From an uncultured Verrucomicrobiae bacterium (GTDB lineage: Bacteria > Verrucomicrobiota > Verrucomicrobiia > Opitutales > JABDGR01): a DNA stretch of 64,000 nt. Location: positions 626,285 through 690,284 of the forward strand of contig CAVXVB010000005.1 in the NCBI GenBank assembly GCA_963765205.1, given 5' to 3'. Positions 47,851 through 57,012 of the stretch are shown in pieces. The position numbers and the translations under genes were made by a program. The notes beneath the pieces were generated by a model. That model did not search any database and had not been told where the DNA came from. It was given only the letters and a program-made list of their open reading frames with translations. Positions within the stretch are counted from its first letter, which is position 1, and the number at the start of each line of letters is the position of its first letter.

Positions 47851-50540
47851 TTACTTCGCCGCCGGCGCGCTGCGGGTCGAGCTGTCCCATTCGTGTTTCG
47901 GGGCGAAGTCGTGGGCTTCGACGTGGTTGCGGTCGCCTTTGTGCCACCAGCAGAACACCGGGTTGGCGATGAAAATTGAGGAGGCGGTGGCAGTGGCGAT
48001 GCCGATCATGAAGACGAGCGCGAACTCCCGCACCACGCCCGCGCCAAACACAAACAGCGAGGACGCGGCGAGGAATACCGTCAAGCTCGTCATGGTCGTG
48101 CGGGCGAAAGTCCGGTTCACGGCGAGGTCGAGCACCTGGATGAGTTTGAGGTGTGGGTTGAGCTTCAGCTCCTCGCGCACGCGGTCGAACACGATGACTT
48201 TATCGTTGAGCGAATAGCCGATGATCATCAGCACGGCGGCGACCATCGAGGAGGTGAACTGGCCGCCAAAAAGCACATATAAGCCGACGGTGACGATCAA
48301 GTCGTTCAGGGTGGCGACAATGGCGCCCACCGCGTAGCCGACCTCGAAGCGGAAGGCGACATAGACCATCACCATCAGCAGCGACAGGCCGACGCGCCTC
48401 GAGGGCGTTCCATTTCAAATTTTGGCCTACCGTCGCGCCGATGAGGTCAATGCTGGCGCTGTCCACCGCCAATTTGGCCTGCGGATATTTTTGGGCGAGC
48501 GCCGCCAGCAGCGGCTTGCCCTGGTTGGCATCCGTTTGAATCTTGAGCAACTTCGCCCCGGTGCCCAACTCGGTTTGGTAAGTGGACTCAGCCTCGCTGA
48601 TGTGGAGGGAGTTCGCGACCGACGCGATGTCGGCCTGCGAAATCTCCTGAGTGTAGGCGACACTGACTTCATCGCCGCCGCGGAAGTCCGTGCCCAGCGC
48701 GTGGGAGCCGCGAAAGACCACCGCGCCGAGGCCGATGAGAATGACAATGGCCGAGCAACTCAGGGCGATTTTGCGGTAACTGTAGAACGGCAGGTTGACC
48801 TCGGGGATCAGGCGGCGGAAATTCAAATTCCCGGTGGTCAGCCAGCCTTTGCCGATCACCGAACTCGAGCAGCGCGTAATTGAACACCAGCACGCAGAAG
48901 AGATTCGCCACCAAGCCGATGGCCAGGATGACGCCGAAGCCCTTGATCGGCCCGGTGCCCAGCCACATCAGGATGACCGCCGTGATGATCGAGGTGACGT
49001 GCGAGTCCAGAATGGCCGCCAGCGCGCGGTCGTGGCCGGCTTCGAGGGAATTGAACAGGTTCTTGCCGTGGCTCATTTCCTCCCGCATGCGCTCGTAAAT
49101 CAGGATGTTCGCGTCCACCGCCATGCCGATGGTGAGCACCAGCGCGGCCACGCCGGGCAGGGTGAGCGTCGCGCCGATGCTGGCCTGCACGCCCAAAATC
49201 ATTACCACGTTGAGAATCAGGGTGACGACCGACAAAAAGCCGGCGAACGAATAAATCCCGCACATGAAAACCACCACCAACGCGGTGCCCACCAGGCCCG
49301 CCCACAGGGAGCTGGTGCGCGCGTCTTGCGCGAGGCTCGGGCCGACCTCGGTCATTTGTTCGAGCGTCAAGGCCTTGTCGAGTGGGTTGTTCAGGACATT
49401 CGCGAGGTCAAACGCCTCTTTCTGCGTGAAGCCCCCGCCGCCGCCCTCGACCACGCAACTCGAGCTGAAGGCGTCATTCACGCGCGGCGCGGAATTGAGT
49501 TTGCCGTCGAGCACGATGGCCAGCAGTTGCGGCGTGTTGACCAGCTTGGCTGTCAGCGCGCCCATCAGTTTGGCGCCGTCCGAAGTGAAATTCACCGCTA
49601 CTTTGAACTGGCCGGTGGTGGGGTCCGTGATGGGATAGGCGGTGCTGATGATATTGCCCGTGGCGACCGGGGTCGTGGAAACGATATAGGGCGTCTCCAT
49701 CAAATCGCCGGTGTCGGGATTATCATCCTCTTCCATCATCAACTCATAGCCGAGCGGGATTTGCGCGGCCGGCGGCGCGACGCCGCCGGGCGGGGCTTCG
49801 GCGATGCGGAATTCAAGTTTGGCGGGCTTCTTGATCACATCGGCGGCGTCGGGGTTGTCCTTGCTCGAAGCGCCCGGCATCAGGATTTCCACCGAGTCAT
49901 CGCCAATCACGCGCGTGACGGTTTCCGACACGCCCATGGCGTTGATGCGCTTGTTGATGATCTCGATGGCCTTGTCCAAACTCTGCGCGCGGACGGTGGA
50001 CGTGGCGTCCTTGAGCGAGGCATCATCGAGCTTGAGCGTGAAGCCGAGGCCGCCTTGCAAATCGAGGCCGTATTTGATGCGGCCTTTGCTTTCCTTGAGC
50101 AGTTCGGTCAGAATCAGCTCGTTGCGGTGCTTGACGTTCTTGGTGTCGCCAGCGTTGAAGCTGGGGAAAAATTCGGTCCAGAGATCAACGGGGGCCTTGG
50201 CGTCCTTGGTCAGGCCCTCGTCCTCGCAAATGCTTTTGAACGAGAGATAAAAGGTGCGGTGGCGCTGGATGAAATCCGTTTTGGCGGCATCGGGCAAATA
50301 GACCTGGTTCGCGGCGGCGGCGGCCTGCGCGGCGGCCTTCTGGTCGGTTTCTTCCTGCTTGGCCTGCGCAGTGAGGTCTTGCGCGTGCTTGATGAGCGTT
50401 TGCAGCTCGGCGGTGTGGGCGCTCGCGCGCTGGACCAGATATTGGTCGAACGGCGTGTCCGACAGCGGCCACAGGTTCCACATCGCCCAAACGAGCAAAA
50501 GGACGGAGAAGGCGATTTTCCAATAAATGCTGCTTTTCAT
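47851..50540 (-). CDS. secDF: Protein translocase SecDF fusion (frameshifts near 48860 and 48397)
   Basis: GLDLQGG, VGPSL, TIGMAVDANILIYER (SecD), then GTDFRGG and IGYSLNDKVIVFDRVRE (SecF), split across three ORFs. Confidence 0.92.
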
Positions 50541-50558
50541 GGTGGGGCGGTTCGGGCT

Positions 50559-51014
50559 TTATTTGGCGGCGGCGGGCGGGTCCGGGGCGTCGTCGGGGAC
50601 GCGCGCCTCGACGTTGGCGCGGGCAATTTCCACCCGCACGCCTTTGGCGATTTCAATGACGAAACGGCCGGGCTTGACCTGGACGATGGTGCCGTAGAGG
50701 CCACCGGTGGTGATAACATCATCTCCGTTCTTCAGTTCCGCGAGCAGTTTTGTATGCTGCTTGTTGCGCTTCATCTGGGGGGCGAAAATCAGGAAGAACA
50801 CGCCCAGAAACAGCAGCGGCATGATCAAGGCGCTCAAGGGGCTGGCCGGCGGCGGAAGGTCGGTCGGTAAAGCGGTGGACGCACCCGCGGCGCTGGCCGG
50901 CATGGACGTGCCCGCAGCAGACGCGACCGGGGCCGCCGGAGCATCGGTCGCCAGGAAGCGCAGCAACACCGGCGCAGGCGCGGTGCCGTCGGCCAGGACT
51001 ATAAGGGAAGGCAT
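50559..51014 (-). CDS. yajC: Preprotein translocase subunit YajC
   Basis: TM, then PQMKR...GDDVITTGGLYGTI; upstream of secDF. Confidence 0.93.
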   Translation of the reverse strand: MPSLIVLADGTAPAPVLLRFLATDAPAAPVASAAGTSMPASAAGASTALPTDLPPPASPLSALIMPLLFLGVFFLIFAPQMKRNKQHTKLLAELKNGDDVITTGGLYGTIVQVKPGRFVIEIAKGVRVEIARANVEARVPDDAPDPPAAAK

Positions 51015-51078
51015 GTCGGGAAAGGGGGAAAACGGTCAAAGAAACCAGAACCCCGCAAAAAGGCAAGACTTTAGGTTA

Positions 51079-51200
51079 TAAGTGCTTTGGGGCGGGGTGT
51101 TTTAGTGCTTGGGGCGGGGATGGCCCGAACCGCTGCGGAATTGCCCTTTGCAGTTGCTAAGGGCCAACCAAGCACTAAAGCACTAAGCACCAAAACACTT
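51079..51200. repeat. Inverted degenerate heptamer arrays
   Basis: TAAGTGCTTTGGGG...TTAGTGCTTGG ... CCAAGCA CTAAAGCA CTAAGCA CCAAACA CTT. Confidence 0.7.
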
Positions 51201-51212
51201 GGATTGATCCTT

Positions 51213-52007
51213 ATGCCCAAAATTTTATTTCTCGGGGACATTGTCGGGCGGCCGGGGCGCGATGCCGTGCGGGCGCGTGTCAAGGCCTTGCGCGCGGATT
51301 TGGGCCTCGACCTCGTGGTCGCCAATGGCGAGAACGCCGCCGCCGGCGCGGGGCTGACGGCGGTCATCGCCGCCGAGCTGCTCGGGGCCGGGATTGACGC
51401 GCTGACCCTCGGCGACCACGTTTGGGACCAGCGTAATTTTGACGCGGAAATTGGCGGCTTGGAACGCGTGTGCCGACCCGCGAATTTGCCGCCGCAATGC
51501 CCGGGGCGCACCTACCTCGTCGTCACCGCGCCGAGCGGTTTCCGGCTAGGGGTGTTCACGGTCCTCGGTCGCACGTTCATCAACATGAAGTCCGAGTGCC
51601 CCTTTGCGACCGCCGACAAATTGCTGCGTGAGCATGGCCAAGAGGCGGACGCGTGGATCGTTGAAGCGCACATGGAAGCCACGTCGGAAAAGGTCGCCCT
51701 TGGCTGGTATCTGGATGGGCGCTGCGCGGCGGTGCTCGGCTCGCACACGCACATCCCGACGGCGGACCTGACGCTGCGCCCGCGCGGCACCGCCTACCAA
51801 ACCGACCTGGGCATGACCGGGCCGTATGCGTCCGTCATCGGGCGCACGGTGCAGACCTCGGTAGCGCGCTTCCTCGATGGGATGCCGCGCAAAAGCGAAG
51901 TGGCCGAGGGCGACGTGCGCCTCTGCGGCTGCGTAATCGAAATTGACGCCGCCAGCGGGATGGCGCTAAAGGCGGAGCGGTTCGAGGAGGCGTGGGCGGA
52001 AAAATAA
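51213..52007 (+). CDS. YmdB/TIGR00282 family metallophosphoesterase
   Basis: [38 protein letters not shown]. Confidence 0.94.
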   Translation: MPKILFLGDIVGRPGRDAVRARVKALRADLGLDLVVANGENAAAGAGLTAVIAAELLGAGIDALTLGDHVWDQRNFDAEIGGLERVCRPANLPPQCPGRTYLVVTAPSGFRLGVFTVLGRTFINMKSECPFATADKLLREHGQEADAWIVEAHMEATSEKVALGWYLDGRCAAVLGSHTHIPTADLTLRPRGTAYQTDLGMTGPYASVIGRTVQTSVARFLDGMPRKSEVAEGDVRLCGCVIEIDAASGMALKAERFEEAWAEK

Positions 52008-52030
52008 GTTATGACACAAAGAAATATTCA

Positions 52031-52100
52031 TCACGGACGGCACGGACAGCACGGATTTTTTCGCGATTTGATAATCCGTGGTATCCGTGTAATCCGTGGT
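52031..52100. repeat. 9-mer-based inverted repeat element, copy C
   Basis: CACGGACGG CACGGACAG CACGGAT ... ATCCGTG GTATCCGTG TAATCCGTGGT. Confidence 0.8.
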
Positions 52101-52226
52101 CTTCCGCCATTTTTTACCGCGGCGGTATTTCCAGCCCACGGTAGGGTTACACCTCATAGTCGGAGGGGGGTAAAGGGGCCATCATGGCCGCGAAAACAGT
52201 CCTCAACCCTCAACTCAGGATTTCCC

Positions 52227-52346
52227 ATGGCCAAGAAAAGCAGAGGCGGTCGCATGACCGCCGCGAAAGCGCGGGCCGCCAAATCACCCGGCGGCAAAGG
52301 TTTGGTCAAAAATCGCCCGGCGGGCCGGCATATCATGAAAACATAA
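52227..52346 (+). CDS. Putative small basic protein (39 aa)
   Basis: MAKKSRGGRMTAAKARAAKSPGGKGLVKNRPAGRHIMKT followed by a terminator. Confidence 0.45.
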   Translation: MAKKSRGGRMTAAKARAAKSPGGKGLVKNRPAGRHIMKT

Positions 52347-52373
52347 TGACCAGAGCCGGGTCATTGAGATTAC

Positions 52374-52402
52374 AAAGGCCGTCTCCCGACGGCCTTTTTT
52401 TT
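52374..52402 (+). terminator. Rho-independent terminator
   Basis: AAAGGCCGTC-TCCC-GACGGCC followed by T8. Confidence 0.85.
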
Positions 52403-52541
52403 CGGCTTTTCACAATGCCATTTCGGCCGGTCTTATAATGTCAATAAGCCAGGCTGCATAAAATTTGTCGCCGACCAGCGGAACCTAATTTCTTAGTTGA
52501 TGTTTAGTTGGCTAAGCATACTGTTGCCCGCTTTCGTCCCC

Positions 52542-53030
52542 ATGGTCGCCACCTGCCCACGCAACCCTTCGCAAATCGCCTACGGCGGGGTGTTGCGTTC
52601 GTTTGGCCTGATTCAGCGAGTGATGCGGCCTTATTTTCAGCAATTCGGCCTGAGCCAGCCGCAATGGGCCATCCTGCGCGTGCTGCACCGCGCCCAGGAG
52701 GAAGGCCGCACGGGCGGCCTGCGCATGATGGAAATCGGCCAGCGGCTCCTCGTGCAGCCCCCAAGCGTGACGACGCAAGTGCGCCGCCTCGTCCAAGCGA
52801 AACTCGTCAGCCAGGTGGAGGCGGCGAGCGACCGGCGCGGTTTCGAGTTGCGCCTGACCGCGAAAGGTGAAAAGTTGGTCAGTCGCGTATTGCTCGCCCA
52901 CCAGCGCCAGATTCGCCAAGTCATGGGCGGCCTGGACGAAGACGAGTTGCCGGCCCTCAGCGGATATTTGGAACGCCTGAACACCCACCTCGCCGCGCTT
53001 GCGGCTAAAACCCCCGACACCCTGGATTAA
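52542..53030 (+). CDS. MarR family transcriptional regulator
   Basis: GLSQPQWAILRVL, SVT...RL, DRR...LT.KG. Confidence 0.92.
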   Translation: MVATCPRNPSQIAYGGVLRSFGLIQRVMRPYFQQFGLSQPQWAILRVLHRAQEEGRTGGLRMMEIGQRLLVQPPSVTTQVRRLVQAKLVSQVEAASDRRGFELRLTAKGEKLVSRVLLAHQRQIRQVMGGLDEDELPALSGYLERLNTHLAALAAKTPDTLD

Positions 53031-53037
53031 CCCAGCC

Positions 53038-54399
53038 ATGAAACGTTTTTGGATCATCCTTCTCCTCGCCCTGGCCGCCGCGGCCGCGCTCGCCTACTAT
53101 TGGTGGACGCACCATGCCGCCACCGGCGACAACAGTTACCAGACCGTCGCCGTCACGCGCGGCGACGTGCAGGAACTCATCCTCGCGTCGGGCACGCTCG
53201 AGCCGGTGAACTCGGTGGACGTCGGCGCGCAGGTCGGGGGCATCATCAAATCCTTTGGCAAGGACACCAATGGCAACCCCATTGACTTTCGCTCCCCGGT
53301 CAAAGGCGACCCGAACGACTTGCCGAACAGCACCATCCTGGCGATCATTGACCCCACCATCTACCAGGCCGACTTGGACCAGGCCAATGCCACCCTCGAT
53401 TCCGCCAACGCCAACCTCCTCGCCGCCCAGGCCAATCTCATCCAGGATCAGGCCAAACTGGAGGATGCGCTGGCCGATTGGACGGCCGCACAAGCGCTCG
53501 GCGCGGGCGAATCGCTGGCCAAAACCACCTATGACAGCTACAAGGCCACTTATGACACGGCCAAGGCCCAGGTGGACGTGGGCACTGCGGCCATCAGCCA
53601 GGCCAAAGCCGCCGTGGAACAGGCGCAAGCGCAACAATCCAGCGCCAAGCGCAATTTGGATTTCTGCACCATTACTTCGCCCGTCAACGGCACCGTCATT
53701 GACCGCCGCGTGGACGTCGGCCAGACGGTCGTGTCGAGCATGAGCACCCCCAGTCTTTTCCTGATCGCGACGGACTTGAGCAAAATGCAAATCTGGGTGC
53801 CGGTGAACGAGGCGGACATCCCGCTCATCAAGGAAGGGATGCCGGTGCTCTTTGATGTCGAGGGCATCAACCGCGAGTATCAAGGCACCGTCAACAAAGT
53901 GCGATGGAACGCCACCATGACGCAGAACGTCGTCACTTACACGGTCGAGGTGAACGCGGACAATCCCGACGGGACGCTCATCCCCTACCGCACGGCCAAC
54001 GTGAAATTTTTGGTCAACGAATCCAAGGACGTGCTGTTGGTGTCCAACGCGGCGTTGCGCTGGCACCCGCGCACTACCGACACCGGCGCGGCCGCCCCGG
54101 CCGCCACGAGCGCCAGCCCGGCGGGCAGCGGAAGCAACGCCACCGCCGCCGGTAGTGGCTCGGGCCGCGGCCGCAAGACCAAGCAATCGGTCGTTTATGT
54201 TCTCGACCATGGCGCGCCCAAAGCCGTGCCCGTGCAAACCGGCATCACAGATGAGGTGAACACCGCCGTCCTCGGCGGCGATTTGAAGGAAGGCGACGCA
54301 ATCATCACCGGCCAGATGGTGGCGGACCAGGGCGGCGGCAGTACAACGAATCCGTTTGCCCCCACGATCTTCCGTGGCGGCGCCCGCCGCAATGGCTGA
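53038..54399 (+). CDS. Efflux periplasmic adaptor subunit (MacA-like)
   Basis: VTRGDV, ASGTLEP, VGAQVGG, ITSPVNGTVI, NVVTY; extreme 3' end lies on the junction. Confidence 0.92.
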   Translation: MKRFWIILLLALAAAAALAYYWWTHHAATGDNSYQTVAVTRGDVQELILASGTLEPVNSVDVGAQVGGIIKSFGKDTNGNPIDFRSPVKGDPNDLPNSTILAIIDPTIYQADLDQANATLDSANANLLAAQANLIQDQAKLEDALADWTAAQALGAGESLAKTTYDSYKATYDTAKAQVDVGTAAISQAKAAVEQAQAQQSSAKRNLDFCTITSPVNGTVIDRRVDVGQTVVSSMSTPSLFLIATDLSKMQIWVPVNEADIPLIKEGMPVLFDVEGINREYQGTVNKVRWNATMTQNVVTYTVEVNADNPDGTLIPYRTANVKFLVNESKDVLLVSNAALRWHPRTTDTGAAAPAATSASPAGSGSNATAAGSGSGRGRKTKQSVVYVLDHGAPKAVPVQTGITDEVNTAVLGGDLKEGDAIITGQMVADQGGGSTTNPFAPTIFRGGARRNG

Positions 54400-56304
54400 T
54401 GGTCAGCGTGTGCATGGCGCGGGTGACCGCGACGTAGAAGAGACGCCGCTCCTCGTCAAGCGTGCCCTCGGCCTTGGAACGCGAGTGCGGCAACAGGCCG
54501 TCTTCGAGGCCGACAATATAGACGTTCGGAAACTCCAGCCCTTTGCAACTGTGCATCGTGATGAGCGTCACGGCGTCGCCCGCCTCTTCCTCCTTCTCGT
54601 CTTCGCGGTCGTTATCCAGGGTGATCTGCTCCAGGAAGGATTGGAGACGGTCGAACGGTGGCACGGAGGCGGAGCCGGCGCCGTCCAGCGTGGCGATGAG
54701 GTCTTTCAGGTTGCGGACGCGGTTCTCGGCAGTCTCGCGGTTCTTCTCGGAACGGCGCAGCTCGGTGAAGTAGCCGATCTCTTCCAGGAAATGGTCGGCC
54801 AGCGTCTGCAAGGCGTGCGGGTCGTGCGCGAGGCTCTCGGTGTGCAGGCGCGCCCGCGTGCGCTCGATGAGTTCGACAAAGCCCTCGATGCTCTCGCGCG
54901 TCCTGCCCTGGAAGGTGGTCGCCACCGCCGGGTTCTTCATGACCGCGAAGACGGGGCACTTGCGCTCGTGGCTGGCGCCTAAGAGGCGCTCCATGGTCAC
55001 GTCGCTCAGCCCGCGGGCCGGGACGTTGGCGATGCGCAACAGGCTGACATCGTCGTTGGGATTGATCAGGGCCTTAAGGTACGCCAGGAAGTCGCGTATC
55101 TCGCGTCGGTCGAAGAAGCTCTGGCCGCCAATGAGGTGATAGCGCACGCCGGCCTGGCGCAAGGCGGTTTCCAGCGGGCGCGACTGGGCGTTCGTGCGAA
55201 AGAGAATCGCCTGGTCTGCCCACGGCATATGCTGCGCCAGCCGCGCGTATTCGATCTGCTCGGCGATGGTGCGCGCCTCCTCCTCGTCGTTGGCAAAGGC
55301 GTGCAGCGTGATCTTGGTCCCCTGCCCTTTCTGGGACCAGAGCTTCTTGCCGCGGCGCCGGACGTTATGCGTAATGATGGCGTTGGCGGCCGCGAGAATG
55401 GTGTTGGTGGAGCGGTAGTTTTGCTCCAGCTTGACGACCTTGGTCTCCGGGAAGTGCTTTTCCATGTCGAGCAGGTTGGATATCTCCGCACCGCGCCAGC
55501 CGTAAATGCTCTGGTCATCATCGCCGACGACGCACAGGTTGCGATGCTCGCTGGTCAGGGCCTGGATGAGCTTGAACTGCGCGGCATTGGTATCCTGGTA
55601 TTCATCCACCATCACGTAGCGGTATTTGGCGCGGCAAGCTTCCAGGGCGTCGGGATGCTCCCGGAAGAGCCGGAGCGTGAGGATGATAAGATCGTCGAAG
55701 TCCACAGCATTGCACGCGCGCAAGGCGGACTCGTAGCGGGTCTGGATGTGCTCGGCCATGGCGCGGATGCTGGGATCGCCGAAAATCGTGGCCCGCTCGC
55801 CGCCATTGCGAAAGCGGCTCAGCAAGCTGAGGATCGCACCCGGGTCGGTCTTTTCACCTTTGGCGGAGATTTGCGCCAGAATCTTCTTAACGGCGCCCAG
55901 TTGCTCCGACTCGTCGTAGATGACGAAGTTGCGCTTGTACCGAGCTTCTCAATGTGCTGCCGCAGAATGCGCACGCAGAGCGAATGGAAGGTGCAGATCG
56001 TGGGGCGTTGGTCGGCAGCCGAGGGCTGAGCGCCGGACCCGTGACTTTGGACCTTGGACTTTGGACTTTGGCCTTTCCGGCGGATCAGCTTGAAGACCCG
56101 CTCCTGCATCTCGCGCGCGGCCTTGTTGGTGAAGGTGACGCCGAGGATGCTGCCGGGGGCGATGCCGCGATCAATCATGTGCGCGACGCGAAAAGTAATC
56201 ACCCGCGTCTTGCCGGTTCCGGCGCCGGCTAGAATCAGCACCGGGCCGCGAATCGTCTCGACCGCCTGTCTCTGCTGCGGGTTGAGCGTACTCAGATCGA
56301 ACAT
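54380..56304 (-). CDS. uvrD: UvrD/Rep/PcrA helicase (frameshift near 55940, 3' truncated at the junction)
   Basis: LAGAGTGKT, TFTNKAA, VDEYQD, VGDDDQSIY, NYRS, HSCKGLEF, EERRLFYVAVTRA. Confidence 0.92.
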
Positions 56305-56354
56305 GGAACGCGGAGTCTAGGCTCGGTTGAGGTGAAGGCAAGAGGATTGGGAAA
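56285..56354 (+). repeat. 70-bp direct repeat, left copy (contains the uvrD start and upstream region)
   Basis: Matches 63501-63570 at 67 of 70 positions. Confidence 0.93.
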
Positions 56355-56608
56355 CCGCCGCCATTCTGAAAGCCGACATTCACCAAGACGGGGGCGGGTC
56401 ATCCACGCCGCCCCGCCGACAGCACCCGAACCGCAACCCTCGGCGTAAAAGGGAAAGTAATCCGGCGGCGTGAAGCTCGGCGATGCGAACAGTCAGAAAG
56501 TGGCAGGCGGAATTCTCCTCACGGTGGGAGAGCCTGTCAAATCTGTGCGCGCCGAATGTTGCCGGCGCGAAATGACAGAGTAACAGCCTTTGGCTAATCT
56601 CTGTTGTC

Positions 56609-56890
56609 GTGAAAAAGCCCGCCGCGCCTTTGGACTGTGATATCCGCACCAACTTTGCGAAAGGCTTTGGCGCGTGGCGGAGGAAAAACAACCTGCCGTT
56701 GAAAGATGTCGCCGCCGAGTTGGGCATTTCACTGGCTACCGTCAACGCCTGGGAATGGGGCGAGAAATTCCCCACGGCGAAGCATTTCCAGGCTCTGGTC
56801 AACTATGCCGGGATACCGCCGTGCCGTCTCTTCTGCGTCATGGCGAACAAATGCGTGCCGGTCGAGTGTCTGCTGGCCATGCGCAAATAA
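56609..56890 (+). CDS. XRE/Cro family HTH regulator with a Cys-rich tail
   Basis: LKDVAAELGISLATVNAWEWGEKFP; tail PPCRLFC...KC...C. Confidence 0.85.
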   Translation: MKKPAAPLDCDIRTNFAKGFGAWRRKNNLPLKDVAAELGISLATVNAWEWGEKFPTAKHFQALVNYAGIPPCRLFCVMANKCVPVECLLAMRK

Positions 56891-57012
56891 TCCTCCCCCC
56901 ACGTCCCCCCAGCCGCCCGTTCCACTTTAAGTGGAAAATAACTTCTTGCTCTGTTATTCATTAGTGTGCTATATAGCATGCATACGAAGCGGGCCTTGGA
57001 AAGAACTTATTT

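Noticed and set aside
47851..50540. secDF as a pseudogene or programmed frameshift
   Set aside because: Conserved housekeeping gene with intact motifs and no slippery sequence; sequencing indels are more likely.
52031..52230. 6S RNA near the ymdB-like gene
   Set aside because: The visible stem is the 9-mer repeat element; no 6S-like rod with a central bubble was recognised.
55819..56304. Separate short helicase gene
   Set aside because: It is the N-terminus of uvrD, split by one indel near 55940.
56380..56600. Riboswitch upstream of the XRE gene
   Set aside because: One hairpin near 56503-56539, but no recognisable aptamer consensus.
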